From Octopus bimaculoides (taxonomy: Eukaryota), in contig NC_068981.1 of assembly GCF_001194135.2 (NCBI RefSeq), positions 180,043,310 through 180,079,804 on the forward strand: 36,495 nucleotides of DNA, read 5' to 3'. The position numbers and the translations under genes are program-made. Positions 1 to 11,291 of this stretch are shown here, in pieces. The notes below the pieces were generated by a model. It had not been told where the DNA came from. It ran no database searches and saw only the letters and a program-made list of their open reading frames with translations. The first letter of the stretch is position 1. Each line of letters begins with the position of its first letter.

Positions 1-46
<46 letters not shown>

Positions 47-80
47 CACACATGCACACACACCCACACACACACGTATA
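1..80. repeat. (TA)n then (CA)n microsatellite
   Basis: Direct reading. Similar TA/CA/TG/TATG tracts flank almost every N gap in the window. Confidence 0.95.
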
Positions 81-259
81 TATACCCCTTTCTCCGACAT
101 TGCTGGCCTTGTACCAAACTTTGAAATATATATGTATATTTAAATGTACTACACATATCGCGTTCTTTATCATGTTAAGATAAATTACATTTTAATGTAC
201 ATCTATATTTATATATTAGTTAGATATCCATGCTTAGATATCTCTTTCACAATTTAGAC

Positions 260-410
260 CTACATGTGTGGTTAAAAATGTCGCGTTTCAAATACGTATA
301 AACGGTTTAAATTCCCGCGCGCGGTACATTGTCAAGTGTCAAGCTCGAAGCCAATTAACACATTGTGAGTAAAATTTGGTCGATGGAAAATGTGTTGATA
401 TTCGTCATGT
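260..410 (+). mobile_element. Highly decayed tRNA-derived SINE (family 1, CORE-like)
   Basis: gtgtggttaaaa...ggtttaaattcccgcgcgcggtacattgtcaagtgtc...ttgtgagtaaaatttggtcgatggaaa parallels the younger copies at 4090 and 12895. Confidence 0.45.
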
Positions 411-413
411 GTG

Positions 414-444
<31 letters not shown>

Positions 445-449
445 TTATA

Positions 450-784
450 TTTGATACCTCTAAGTTAGATGGCTAAACCGTAATCCCTTCACACGGGACT
501 TTTTTCATACGGGACTATTTGTGACGCACATGGAATAGATTTCTTTGAGATGGGATGCCTGAACTCACTAACCGATGAATTCGTAAGTGCCTTTCTTATC
601 GTTGATTTTTGGTGTCGCATGGCCAAAAATTACCGTGAATTTTTTTTAGAGACACTTTCAAATTTATCAGAATATCGGACTGAGGATTGGAATAGGGATT
701 TTTCATTCTCTTAACCATGAAACGATCGTATCCGATTAACTAAAGACTTGTTTTGTTTATGCTTTCCCCTCCGGTTTTTTGTTC
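450..784 (+). mobile_element. Penelope-like element (PLE) pLTR remnant
   Basis: Contains the hammerhead at 674-736. 450-481 reads FDTSKLDG, then NR after a frameshift, weakly like the GLN motif ending PLE GIY-YIG domains. Bounded by (TA)n and a gap. Confidence 0.55.
674..736 (+). ncRNA. Type I hammerhead ribozyme motif, PLE-type
   Basis: Stem I AUCGGA(674-679)/UCCGAU(731-736), 6 bp perfect. Core CUGAGGA 680-686. Stem II UGG/CCA with a U.U closing pair and extension AGGGA/UCUCU. GAAA 719-722. Palindromic stem III ACGAUCGU. GUA cleavage triplet, cut after 730. Confidence 0.85.
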
Positions 785-1543
785 NNNNNNNNNNNNNNNN
801 NNNNNNNNNNNNNNNNNNNNNNNNNNNNNNNNNNNNNNNNNNNNNNNNNNNNNNNNNNNNNNNNNNNNNNNNNNNNNNNNNNNNNNNNNNNNNNNNNNNN
901 NNNNNNNNNNNNNNNNNNNNNNNNNNNNNNNNNNNNNNNNNNNNNNNNNNNNNNNNNNNNNNNNNNNNNNNNNNNNNNNNNNNNNNNNNNNNNNNNNNNN
1001 NNNNNNNNNNNNNNNNNNNNNNNNNNNNNNNNNNNNNNNNNNNNNNNNNNNNNNNNNNNNNNNNNNNNNNNNNNNNNNNNNNNNNNNNNNNNNNNNNNNN
1101 NNNNNNTATATATATGTATGTATGTATGTATGTATAAATGGAACAAAAGCGCAATAGAGGAAAAGAAAACATTCGGACAGGCAGACGATACAAAGACGGA
1201 CAAAAAAAACAACAATTAGAAGGACAGGCAAAAAAAGACGGGTCATTCGTGGCTTTCTTTCAGCAGTCAAGTCCCAGAAATCATGACCATTTCGGGCAGT
1301 TACACTTCAGATGGTTCGATCTGGTTGCCCCTAAAAAAAGTCTGAGCTAAAAGCATTAGGCCCCTTTGTAAGAAAGCTAGTGAATGTGTATGGTAATAAA
1401 GACAATAAAACAAACAAAAAATCGGAGAACATGGTACACAATTACGACTGAATGTATGTATAAATATATATATATGTGTGTATATATATATAAGTGTGTG
1501 TGTGTGTATAAATATGTATACACTTAGATAATTATGTAGACGC

Positions 1544-2215
1544 CTATCCATGCCTCCTCCATCTCCACTTTGTCACTCTGAGCCCATCCTTGTTCTTTAG
1601 TACCGTTCCTTCCGGCCTGCAGCGAGCCAGCCCTCTCCTGGATCTGTTGAAACTTTTCATTTCCTCAGCCGCTTGCGTCAATTTCGACAAACTATAAATC
1701 TCGAAGTCATTTCTTAGATACTGTCTGATCGCTTTGCAGAGAACGGACTACCCGAAGTGATCTTTCATGTTCCGCTCCATATTTTCCGTGTCTCTAACAT
1801 TTTCTTCGTCTCCTCCGAGATTCTTCCCTCAGGGTCTCCCTGGCTTGAAGTTTTTCATTTCCATATGTAGCTTTTAATTTTTATGGTCATCAAGCTGTAG
1901 TCCTCATCGGGCTTTTCATGCTTCCTCTAAATTTCCCCCTTGATAGCTTCCTGCAACTGTTTCTCAACAAAGGCCTTGGTGCGTTGATTCTTCATTGAGA
2001 TATGCAGAGCCTTTTTCTCTGTTATTCAATTGATCATAATCTTCGCCCGTAGCAAATGATAATCATTGCCTGTGCTAAATGGCGTTGCTACTGAAGAAGG
2101 TCTGCAATATGCAGTAGATAATTTGTTGCACCAAGTCAATAATCTTTATATCGTGAAGTTAGATTGCTTCGAATTGTGTTGTTAGACGCTTTTCGGTGAC
2201 CACATGAAGCATAAT
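1544..2215 (-). mobile_element. RTE-like LINE fragment (APE endonuclease C-terminus plus linker), degenerate
   Basis: Minus-strand translation gives FMWSPK...SVATPFSTGNDYHLLRAKIMIN (cf. TWxSP...TGSDHRLLRAKI) and VLCKAIRQYLRNDFEIYSLSKLTQAAEEMKSF...LKNKDGLRVT, with stops and frameshifts. Confidence 0.8.
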
Positions 2216-2616
2216 GCCGGTTACTAAGAATAAATGCCCTCCACATGAGAAGCATATATCCTTTTTCTTTGTTCTGAATGATCTCAAAATACAACGAGCC
2301 ACTCGCCTGCATTGTAGTAACGTGCAATCCCAAACTTTGCGTCTGGGATTGCACTACCCCTGGTTTACTGTATTCCGTTTGTAATGTTTGTGGGCCAATA
2401 GAGAGTAGAGTGCTTGAAAATCCGTCTAATGAGGTAATATAATAGTTATGTACTATAAGTGTTTTGGGTTGGTTTGCCACTAATACTCCGTTTTGTTCTG
2501 TAACTGAAACAAAGCTGGTTTTGAAGCTGCCTATCCAAGACGGCTGCTAGTGGCCGCTCATTCAGCGGGAAGATATATTTTAGAAAGAAAGAACGAACAA
2601 GCAAAGCATGTATTTA

Positions 2617-2990
2617 ATTTGTAATTCAAGCATAATTTCAGAGTAGTTAGACGAGGTAAGGAATTAAGAAATAATGCGTAAAGTTTCTTACAACTGTTCA
2701 TAAAATAGCTGAACATACGGGTAATATGTCATTAAGAAAAAATTTCCACGTAACCCAACTGCTCTTCGAAAATGGAACTAGTAACTACTATTATCTTTTA
2801 TCAAGGGTACTCCTTGATCCTTCAACAAAGAACTGCGAGCTGCTATGGCATATATGACTTAGGTGGAAATTTTTGTTCAATGTCATATGTTTCACATGCT
2901 CGGTTACCCTAGAAACAGCTGTAAGAGATTTTACGTGTTATTTCTTAATGCTGTATTTACTATAATTACTCTGGAATTATATTTGCATTT
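2617..2990 (+). mobile_element. PLE-like remnant with inverted arms
   Basis: Reverse complement of ~2623-2730 matches ~2882-2989 (gaacagttgtaagaaactttacgcattatttcttaat vs gaaacagctgtaagagattttacgtgttatttcttaat). Encloses a decayed hammerhead. Confidence 0.65.
2793..2929 (+). ncRNA. Decayed hammerhead motif with ~109-nt stem II
   Basis: Stem I AUCUUU/AGAGAU. Core decayed to UAUCA. Nested stem II helices AGGGUA/UACCCU, CGAGC/GCUCG and AUAUGAC/GUCAUAU. GAAA 2912-2915. Palindrome ACAGCUGU. GUA triplet. Confidence 0.55.
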
Positions 2991-3128
2991 TAGAAAAATG
3001 TTCTAAAGTGATATCACGTTTTCCTCCCTTGTTCTTTGTTTCTAATATGTGTGTGCGTGCGTGTATGTATGTATGTATGTGTGTGTGTGTGTGTGTGTTT
3101 GTATGTATGTGTGTATACATATATACAT

Positions 3129-3162
<34 letters not shown>

Positions 3163-4089
3163 AAGCATGTGTATATGTGTGCATTAATGTATGCATNNNN
3201 NNNNNNNNNNNNNNNNNNNNNNNNNNNNNNNNNNNNNNNNNNNNNNNNNNNNNNNNNNNNNNNNNNNNNNNNNNNNNNNNNNNNNNNNNNNNNNNNNNNN
3301 NNNNNNNNNNNNNNNNNNNNNNNNNNNNNNNNNNNNNNNNNNNNNNNNNNNNNNNNNNNNNNNNNNNNNNNNNNNNNNNNNNNNNNNNNNNNNNNNNNNN
3401 NNNNNNNNNNNNNNNNNNNNNNNNNNNNNNNNNNNNNNNNNNNNNNNNNNNNNNNNNNNNNNNNNNNNNNNNNNNNNNNNNNNNNNNNNNNNNNNNNNNN
3501 NNNNNNNNNNNNNNNNNNNNNNNNNNNNNNNNNNNNNNNNNNNNNNNNNNNNNNNNNNNNNNNNNNNNNNNNNNNNNNNNNNNNNNNNNNNNNNNNNNNN
3601 NNNNNNATATATGTATATGTATATATATATATATGCATGTAGATTAACGTATGCATGTATGTGTATGTATGTGTGTGTATACACACGCATCCATAGTTGT
3701 ATACGTATAGATACAAGAAGTTACATATGTTTATATACATGTGTGTATGAGTGTATGCGTGAGTACATACACTGACACATAAACACACTATATATATGTG
3801 TGTGTGTGAGTGTGCGTGTGTGTGTGTGTGTGTGTGTGTATGATTGTGTGTGTGTTTTCTGTGTGTTTGTGTGTGTGTGTGTGTGTGTATGTGTGTGTGT
3901 GTGTGTGTGTGTGTTTGTGTGTCTGTATTTATATACATGCAGTCGTGTAGCATTTCAAAATGGGAGAGAAACAAATGCTTCTTTGGTCTTAATTGATATA
4001 CTTAATCAAGATAATATTTCATTTCATTATAGATAACATAGTCTCATCTCTTTGGCAAATTGTTGATCCTTTGGGCGTAAAATTCTTTA

Positions 4090-4330
4090 GGAGTGGCTGC
4101 GTGCTAAGTTGCTTTATTACCAACCACATGGTTCCGTGTTCATTCCCACTGCGTGGCACTTTGGGCAAGTGTCTTCTACTATAGCCTCGAGCCGAGCAAA
4201 GCCTTGTGAGTGGATTTNNNNNNNNNNAATAAGTCCTAGGGTCGATTTGCTCGACTAAAGGCGGTGCTCCAGCATAGCCGCAGTCAAATGACTGAAACAA
4301 GTAAAATAGTAAAAGAGTAAAGAGTAAAGA
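4090..4330 (+). mobile_element. tRNA-derived SINE family 1 (CORE-like), centre lost in gap
   Basis: A-box-like ggagtggctgcgtgctaag and B-box-like ggttccgtgttcattccc. ttgggcaagtgtctt resembles the MIR/CORE motif ccttgggcaagt. Tail ggcggtgctccagcat...gtaaaaga repeats. Confidence 0.85.
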
Positions 4331-4456
4331 ATCATCCAATATTACTTTTAGACTCTTCACATTTAATAAAGTATTTTCCTGCAAATAAAGTTGCAACGAT
4401 CTGAAAAAGCGACAGTCGAATGACGTAAAGTTGGAAGAATAATGAGTTTAGTTAAT

Positions 4457-5390
4457 GGCCTATCAAAAAGTTAAATATACGAGTACACTACTAAAAATTC
4501 ATAAACTACCAAAAAACCTAATAGAAAAATATAAAATAAGACAAAATAAGACAAAAATAAAATACAATAAATCTCCACCGACTGAAAAAGTTTTTTCACA
4601 CAAGTACGTACAAAATTCATAAGTAAACGGACTTCCACAGGTCAAATTCACATACATCTTTTTAAAAAATTTGGACTGGTCCGTTGATAGGTTTTTCTTT
4701 TAAATTATATAATCTTTTCATGAAAAGTATGAGCTTTTCATAAAAGAAAGTTTTGATCTGTGGGTGTATCCTGTTTCCTGTTTATCCTGATGAGAGGTTC
4801 ATTACCGTGATGCACTTTAGTGTAAATGAACTGCGGTGGTGAGCTCCCGAAATGGCCATAGATTTATGCGAATGTTGAATTTGACCTGTGGAATCTGTTT
4901 ATTATGAACTTTTGGACGTACTTGTGTGAGGAGAGTAAAAGACTTTTTTCAAGATGTATGTGAATTTAACCTGTGGAAGTCTGTTTACTTATGAAATTTT
5001 GAACGTACTTGTGTGAGGGAAGTATAAGATTTCTTCAAATATTAAAAATAAAAAAATTATATTTTAATCGTCTGATAAAACTTTTATGATCGGTGGACAT
5101 TTATTTTATTTTATACTATTTTTATCTTTATTTATATTATGTTTGTCTATTAAGTTTTTTGGTAGTTTTGAATTTTTAGTCGTGTATATTTAACATTTTG
5201 ATAGGCCGTTCTGTTTGTATTTTATTCGATTATATATTTTGCCTTCTGTGATTTTATGTATATGTATTATTATTTATGTGTTTGGGAACCATGGTGATTT
5301 TTATATATGATTAAATGTTTGAGGGGTGGTGTTGTATGTTAAGTCATTGACCTAAATTTAATGTTTGTTCTATAACCAATGCTTCTTTAT
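4457..5390. mobile_element. PLE remnant: inverted repeat 4457-4669 / 4944-5207, 85-bp tandem repeat, hammerhead, GIY-YIG-like tail
   Basis: Arms match over about 200 bp; the right arm has a ~60-70 bp extra segment. Direct repeats start at 4876 and 4961. Minus strand 5388-5332 reads KEALVIEQTLNLGQ*LNIQ, like the EAxxI...LN end of PLE endonucleases. Confidence 0.75.
4784..4863 (+). ncRNA. Type I hammerhead ribozyme motif with 55-nt branched stem II
   Basis: Stem I AUC/GAU. Core CUGAUGA 4787-4793. G4794-C4848 closing pair with an imperfect base of stem II. Inner helices GUUCAUU/AAUGAAC and UGCAC/GUGUA. GAAA 4849-4852. Palindrome AUGGCCAU. AUA triplet. Confidence 0.7.
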
Positions 5391-5946
5391 ATATGTGTAT
5401 ATATATATATACCATTTTATTTTTCATTCCCTCTCGAAATTACCCCTAATTGTGGTTTGGATTTTAACTACTCCTTCTAGCGGGTTAGATTTCCGATTGT
5501 GGCCATCTCATGTGTTTAAATGTACACTGTATATAAAATGAATAATATATAGTCTATTGAGTAGTTTTTCTACACGCTAGGCCACGGTGGTAAAAAAATT
5601 TCTAAATAATATNNNNNNNNNNNNNNNNNNNNNNNNNNNNNNNNNNNNNNNNNNNNNNNNNNNNNNNNNNNNNNNNNNNNNNNNNNNNNNNNNNNNNNNN
5701 NNNNNNNNNNNNNNNNNNNNNNNNNNNNNNNNNNNNNNNNNNNNNNNNNNNNNNNNNNNNNNNNNNNNNNNNNNNNNNNNNNNNNNNNNNNNNNNNNNNN
5801 NNNNNNNNNNNNNNNNNNNNNNNNNNNNNNNNNNNNNNNNNNNNNNNNNNNNNNNNNNNNNNNNNNNNNNNNNNNNNNNNNNNNNNNNNNNNNNNNNNNN
5901 NNNNNNNNNNNNNNNNNNNNNNNNNNNNNNNNNNNNNNATATATAA

Positions 5947-5978
<32 letters not shown>

Positions 5979-7089
5979 GTATGTATATGTGTAAGGAATT
6001 CATTATATAGTGTTCTAACTACAACACTATGTCTCATCGGTAGATAATAGCTCGATATGTATGTATTTATATATGTATGTATATTATTATGTAGTGGGAG
6101 TCAAAAACAACTTGATAATTAACTTCGTAGCACTGCTACGTATATCAGAAAACAGGTTACTCCAAAGGAATATATAAATATTCCAAATCATGCAACTGGT
6201 CACCATTAGAAGTTAAATGGCTGTGTAATGATCTTATTCATCCTGTAAATCCATTTATAAATCAATGAGACAATTATTACATATTACGCGATATATCGTG
6301 TAGTAAAGAAATATTAATGGACAACTAAAAACACCATTATACACGTCTTAACAGCATGGCTATTTATTCAACAATGAGTAATGATAAAATAATTTACATA
6401 ACATACTTACTCATATGAGCAGAAACATATATGCATATATACGCAAACAAATATGCGCAGACACACGGAAAAATCAGCGTTACCTTTAAATTCATTCTCT
6501 ATAAAATTCAAGACAAACACAATTTTCAAAATTACGATAACATGAGAAAAATACAATACAATTTTAAAAAAGCATGAGAGAGAAGCAGAAGCGAAATCGA
6601 ATATAGACATTAATTATAAAATAAGTGGTTAGAAACTACTGATAAATACAGTGATTGGGGAAAATTTGACGTGTTAATACACTAGAGTATACAAATATGT
6701 GTTAGAACCACATGGGTGTCGACTCAAACAAATATCTTCTAAGTTGACGATCAAAAGTAAATACAGAGTGGCAATAGTGGAGGTTCAAAAGAATGAAATC
6801 GGTTTAAAGGTTATGAGGAATAGAGTACTGTCGAAGTTTATCATTCGAAAGTAAACACAACGAAGTATTCCCCAGGAATCACCAATCATAGGTAACATAA
6901 TAATCATTAAGTAGGTAAATTTTGGCAATACAAAAAAATAACTAAAGTATAGAATAGAAAAGAATAAATTACTGTAATTCATCACTCCAGTAAAACTCGT
7001 AACAATAAGAAGATACAAGGCTAGAAACCGTTGTTGCTTGGTTTTAAATGTAAATAACGGAAAGCAGTATGCACCTTTTAATTTCTAGA

Positions 7090-8120
7090 AGTAAAGTGCT
7101 GAAATGCAAGGGGGCCGCTGGAGAGGAAGAAATTTGGCCTCAGATGTTAAAAGACTTAAATAGATAAGGTATTCTCTGGTTGACTCGTACATGCCAGATG
7201 GTTTAGACCTCTGGAAAAGCACCAAATCAATGGAAATCTGGGCTTATAATCTCAATTTTTTAAAAAGCAGACAAAAGAGATTGCTCTAATAATAGAGGAA
7301 TCCTCTTTGTTGAGTATTTTCGGTAAAGTCTATGCTAACTGCCTGGAAAAGAGATAAAATTGTCGAAGATTACGGAAGAACAATGTAGCTCTCATCTTTG
7401 ACGCACTTTAACCGACTAGATATTCACTCTACTGTAAGTCTTCGAGAAATCGCGAGAATATTGCTAAAAGAGGTGTATGTTTGCTTTGAAGACATCGAAA
7501 AAGCATGTAACTGCGCGCCGTTGGACATGCTGCGAAGTATTTTGCTGGAGTTTAGGATAAATTGAAACTTCTTGTTACTGTGAAGTTCCTTTGGTGATTG
7601 TTCAAATATTTGTGTTCGGCTAAATGGTGTTATGTCGAAACATTTCAGTGTGGGTGTTGGACTTCGGAAGAGGTTTATATTGTCATCTCACATCTCACCA
7701 TTGCCTAATTTTTGTAAACTGAATTGACATACTCAGCCGTTTTGAAAGTGGTATCATAATTGATGGTTATAGGATCGGTCGGCTGATATTTGCAGACGAC
7801 ATGGCGCTTTTTGACTCACAGGTGATCTCCAGCAAGCAGTGAATGGGTTCTCTGGAAGGCAGAGATGAATTGGTTTTGCGATGGCTGAGACATTAGTTCG
7901 CTAAAGAAACTTGTCTCAATGCACTCTGCATACTAGTAAAACATTAGTGAGACAAACGAATCGTTTACATATCCCGGAACCGAATACTAAGAGACAGGAG
8001 GCTGAACTGGATGCTAGAAATGCAGGTGCTGGCATAGTAATGTGCCTGCACCAGCATTCAGTCCTCAGAAGAGAAGAGGTTTGTAAAAAAAAGTATGCAA
8101 AATATCTCTTTTCAATTTAG
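7090..8120 (+). mobile_element. RTE-clade LINE reverse transcriptase fragment, degenerate
   Basis: GAAGEEEIWPQMLKDLNR*GILWLTR...SGKAPNQWKSGLIISIF*KADKRDCSNNRGI; VYVCFEDIEKA; VRLNGVMSKHFSVGVGLRK; LIFADD at 7789-7800; RQEAELDARNAGAGIVM. Confidence 0.9.
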
Positions 8121-8129
8121 TTTTCCAGA

Positions 8130-8430
8130 GACAGGCCATTAGCTCCAGCTTCTGGCTCATAGGTGAGCTATCTCCTAACCTTGTCTTTTCTATCGCTACT
8201 ATAATGGCTTATGTTCTTCAGGGCTTGTTGGTCCTGTACCGCTACCATTTAGGCACACTAGTCTCATTCGTCTTTCCTGTTCTCGTCACGCTGGAGTGTC
8301 GTATCTCATCTGTCTCGCAGTAACCATTACTTTCAGGACTTTCTCACCAGAACATATGCTTTCTGGAAACTTCTCCGCTCCCATGTATTTCCTATAGACG
8401 TTGAATGTCATGTTTAGAGGGAGCACTAAT
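8130..8430 (+). mobile_element. 3' fragment of a CR1/L2-group LINE ORF2
   Basis: LQLLAHR*AIS*PCLFYRYYNGLCSSGL and RSNHYFQDFLTRTYAFWKLLRSHVFP (cf. HRR..SL.LFYRYY.G.CS and SF.PRT..LWN.LP..VFP). Confidence 0.7.
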
Positions 8431-9774
8431 AGCATCACTTTCACTCTGATATTATAGGTCCTGCGAAAGTTAAGAGTAATGCCTCCCCCAGATTCAGTAA
8501 TAAAAGAAAATAATGTGTAAGGTTTCAACCTTACAAATTGGAAAATCGACCCCAGTGAGATCTCGAAGAAGTACATTGTAAAAAATGGACCTAATTTCTA
8601 TTTTAATCTCAAAATAAGACATTTAAGGACAGAGCAGTAAAACCTCTTCCTCTTCCACTTTTTCAAGAAGTCAAAAAGACAGATACGCGGTGCACATCAG
8701 TAACTTTGGACACTTCTAAACCTCGATTTCTTTCTTGATGTTCTAAACACAATTTCTTTAAAATAGAAAAATAAAAATCAATCTATATTTCGAAAATGCT
8801 ACAAAATGAAACGGAGAAAAAGAAAATGACAAAAGGAGAAGTGAAAGACATAATGGGAAAGGAAAAAAAAAGTTAATAAGTAAATAAAATCACAAATAAA
8901 TAAATAAATAAAACACAGATCGTATCAATAATGGATGACAACCAGTGAACTAAAACTACGAATTTAATAAAATGAAACACACACACACACACGTATATAT
9001 TTGTGTATGTTTGTATGTATATACACATGCATACACATATACGTATGTATGTATGTTTGTCTATATATATANNNNNNNNNNNNNNNNNNNNNNNNNNNNN
9101 NNNNNNNNNNNNNNNNNNNNNNNNNNNNNNNNNNNNNNNNNNNNNNNNNNNNNNNNNNNNNNNNNNNNNNNNNNNNNNNNNNNNNNNNNNNNNNNNNNNN
9201 NNNNNNNNNNNNNNNNNNNNNNNNNNNNNNNNNNNNNNNNNNNNNNNNNNNNNNNNNNNNNNNNNNNNNNNNNNNNNNNNNNNNNNNNNNNNNNNNNNNN
9301 NNNNNNNNNNNNNNNNNNNNNNNNNNNNNNNNNNNNNNNNNNNNNNNNNNNNNNNNNNNNNNNNNNNNNNNNNNNNNNNNNNNNNNNNNNNNNNNNNNNN
9401 NNNNNNNNNNNNNNNNNNNNNNNNNNNNNNNNNNNNNNNNNNNNNNNNNNNNNNNNNNNNNNNNNNNNNNNNNNNNNNNNNNNNNNNNNNNNNNNNNNNN
9501 NNNNNNNNNNNNNNNNNNNNNNNNNNNNNNNNNNNNNNNNNNNNNNNNNNNNNNNNNNNNNNNNNNNNNNNNNNNNNNNNNNNNNNNNNNNNNNNNNNNN
9601 NNNNNNNNNNNNNNNNNNNNNNNNNNNNNNNNNNNNNNNNNNNNNNNNNNNNNNNNNNNNNNNNNNNNNNNNNNNNNNNNNNNNNNNNNNNNNNNNNNNN
9701 NNNNNNNNNNNNNNNNNNNNNNNNNNNNNNNNNNNNNNNNNNNNNNNNNNNNNNNNNNNNNNNNNNNNNNNNNN

Positions 9775-9806
<32 letters not shown>

Positions 9807-10114
9807 TGTATATATATGCATACATGCATATGTGCTGTGTGTGTGTTTGCGTATGTGCGCGCGCGTGTGTGTGCGTGCGTGTGTATAAAGGAAATTGATA
9901 GAAAATAGATAAAAGAAACAATACAGGTAATGACAAATGAGTGAAATTTATTAAAAACATAACAAAAGATGTGTTGCAAAGAAACATAAAAGAAAAAATG
10001 AGAATGGAAATAGAAATACCTTAAAAGTGGAATGGAAAGATGAAAACGAAAACGAAACGAAACACGAGGAACGGACAAATGAAAAACTTAAGTGAAGGAA
10101 AGTAAACGAAAAAC

Positions 10115-10152
<38 letters not shown>

Positions 10153-10779
10153 TATTTATTTATTTATTTATTTATATAAAGAAATGAGAGAAAATGCAAT
10201 AAAAATTTGTTGAAATTGAAAGAAAATTCTAGATTAATGTTGTAAAGAAAAAATATTGCTGTGTAAAATACACATATGCACTTATAGAAATATATGAAAA
10301 TAATGTGCATATTATGTATGTATATACGTATATACATGTTAGTGATTATATACACCTATCCCTATATAGAAATATATATACACATATACATACATGAATA
10401 CATATGTATGTGTGCATGTGTCTGTATATATGCATGTGCGTGCATGCGTATAGTGTATATGTGTGTATGTCTGTGTATATATTCAGTTGTATTTGAGTAG
10501 TGGCAATTATATCCTTAATAAAGTAGAAATAAAAGTTAACTATAAATGTTCAGAATTGTATGAACGCCATGTTTCCCCTTATATGTAACTACTCAGTACC
10601 CAACGTTATCTAGAGATAACGTTAGATATTAACTAAAGCCAATACATTAGTTAATGCCTAATCCTTTTAAATAACGTTACAACTTGCATACACACAGTTT
10701 TAGAAATACAAAATTACGTATTTCAACAAGATTAACTTAGTGTGTATTTAATTTTAACTTCCCGAATACGAATTACGAA

Positions 10780-11291
10780 CAACACTGGGCTATCATAACA
10801 ATACAGTGGAATCATGAAAGACTGCAGACGTTTGCTCTACTGAAACATTTCCTATTCTATAAATAGCAATATATTACTAAATCTGAAACTATTGCTTTCT
10901 CTCATAGAAACATATAATTTTAAGATAGTTTAAGTTTTATAAATACAATTATGCCCAGATAAAATTGTGAATAACAGTCGCCTGCAATTGTTCGGTTGAT
11001 TCTTAATTTATTACATATGACTATAATTACATAGACGTATTACTACTATAAGAATATAGAAACTTTTAAAATAATGGTAGTTTAAAATTACTTCCTTCCC
11101 ACAATATAGCAGTAAACTTATCGGTGTGTGTGTGTGTGTAAGCATAGATATGAACAGAGTGAATACGCATGCGAGCGTTTATTGTGTATTAGAACCCATA
11201 TAAACTATCATTGACGCTTGACTGTGCATGCTGAAAGTCTGTCATACCGGCCATGACGAAGGGAAATAGCCCTGAAACTCGAGTCGCCGTT
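10780..11291 (+). mobile_element. PLE remnant (GIY-YIG C-terminus-like sequence, 3' UTR, hammerhead)
   Basis: ETFPIL...LLLSLIETY (to 10915), a 20-nt insert, then FINTIMPR*N (10936-10965), resembling F.IL...lEslyI....P.LN. Ends at a hammerhead abutting (TA)n. Confidence 0.55.
11248..11289 (+). ncRNA. Minimal type I hammerhead motif with a 1-nt core insertion
   Basis: Stem I CGGC/GCCG. Core C(A)UGACGA. Stem II AGGG/CCCU with a 6-nt loop. GAAA 11274-11277. Palindrome ACUCGAGU. GUC triplet. Confidence 0.75.

Noticed and set aside
1282-1331. Minus-strand half hammerhead: GGGCA/UGCCC stem with inner CAGAU/AUCUG hairpin, then GAAA-UGGUCA-U
   Set aside because: No CUGANGA core (reads UUUUUAG) and no valid NUH triplet. 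It may be an eighth fossil but is not supportable.
6995-7040. AAGAAGA-UA..UA-GAAACCGUU-GUUGC hammerhead-like shape
   Set aside because: Core length is wrong and the palindrome is broken; too degenerate.
8100-8160. Apparent chimera joining an RTE RT to a CR1/L2-type C-terminus
   Set aside because: More simply explained as a 5'-truncated LINE inserted next to or into an older RTE fragment.
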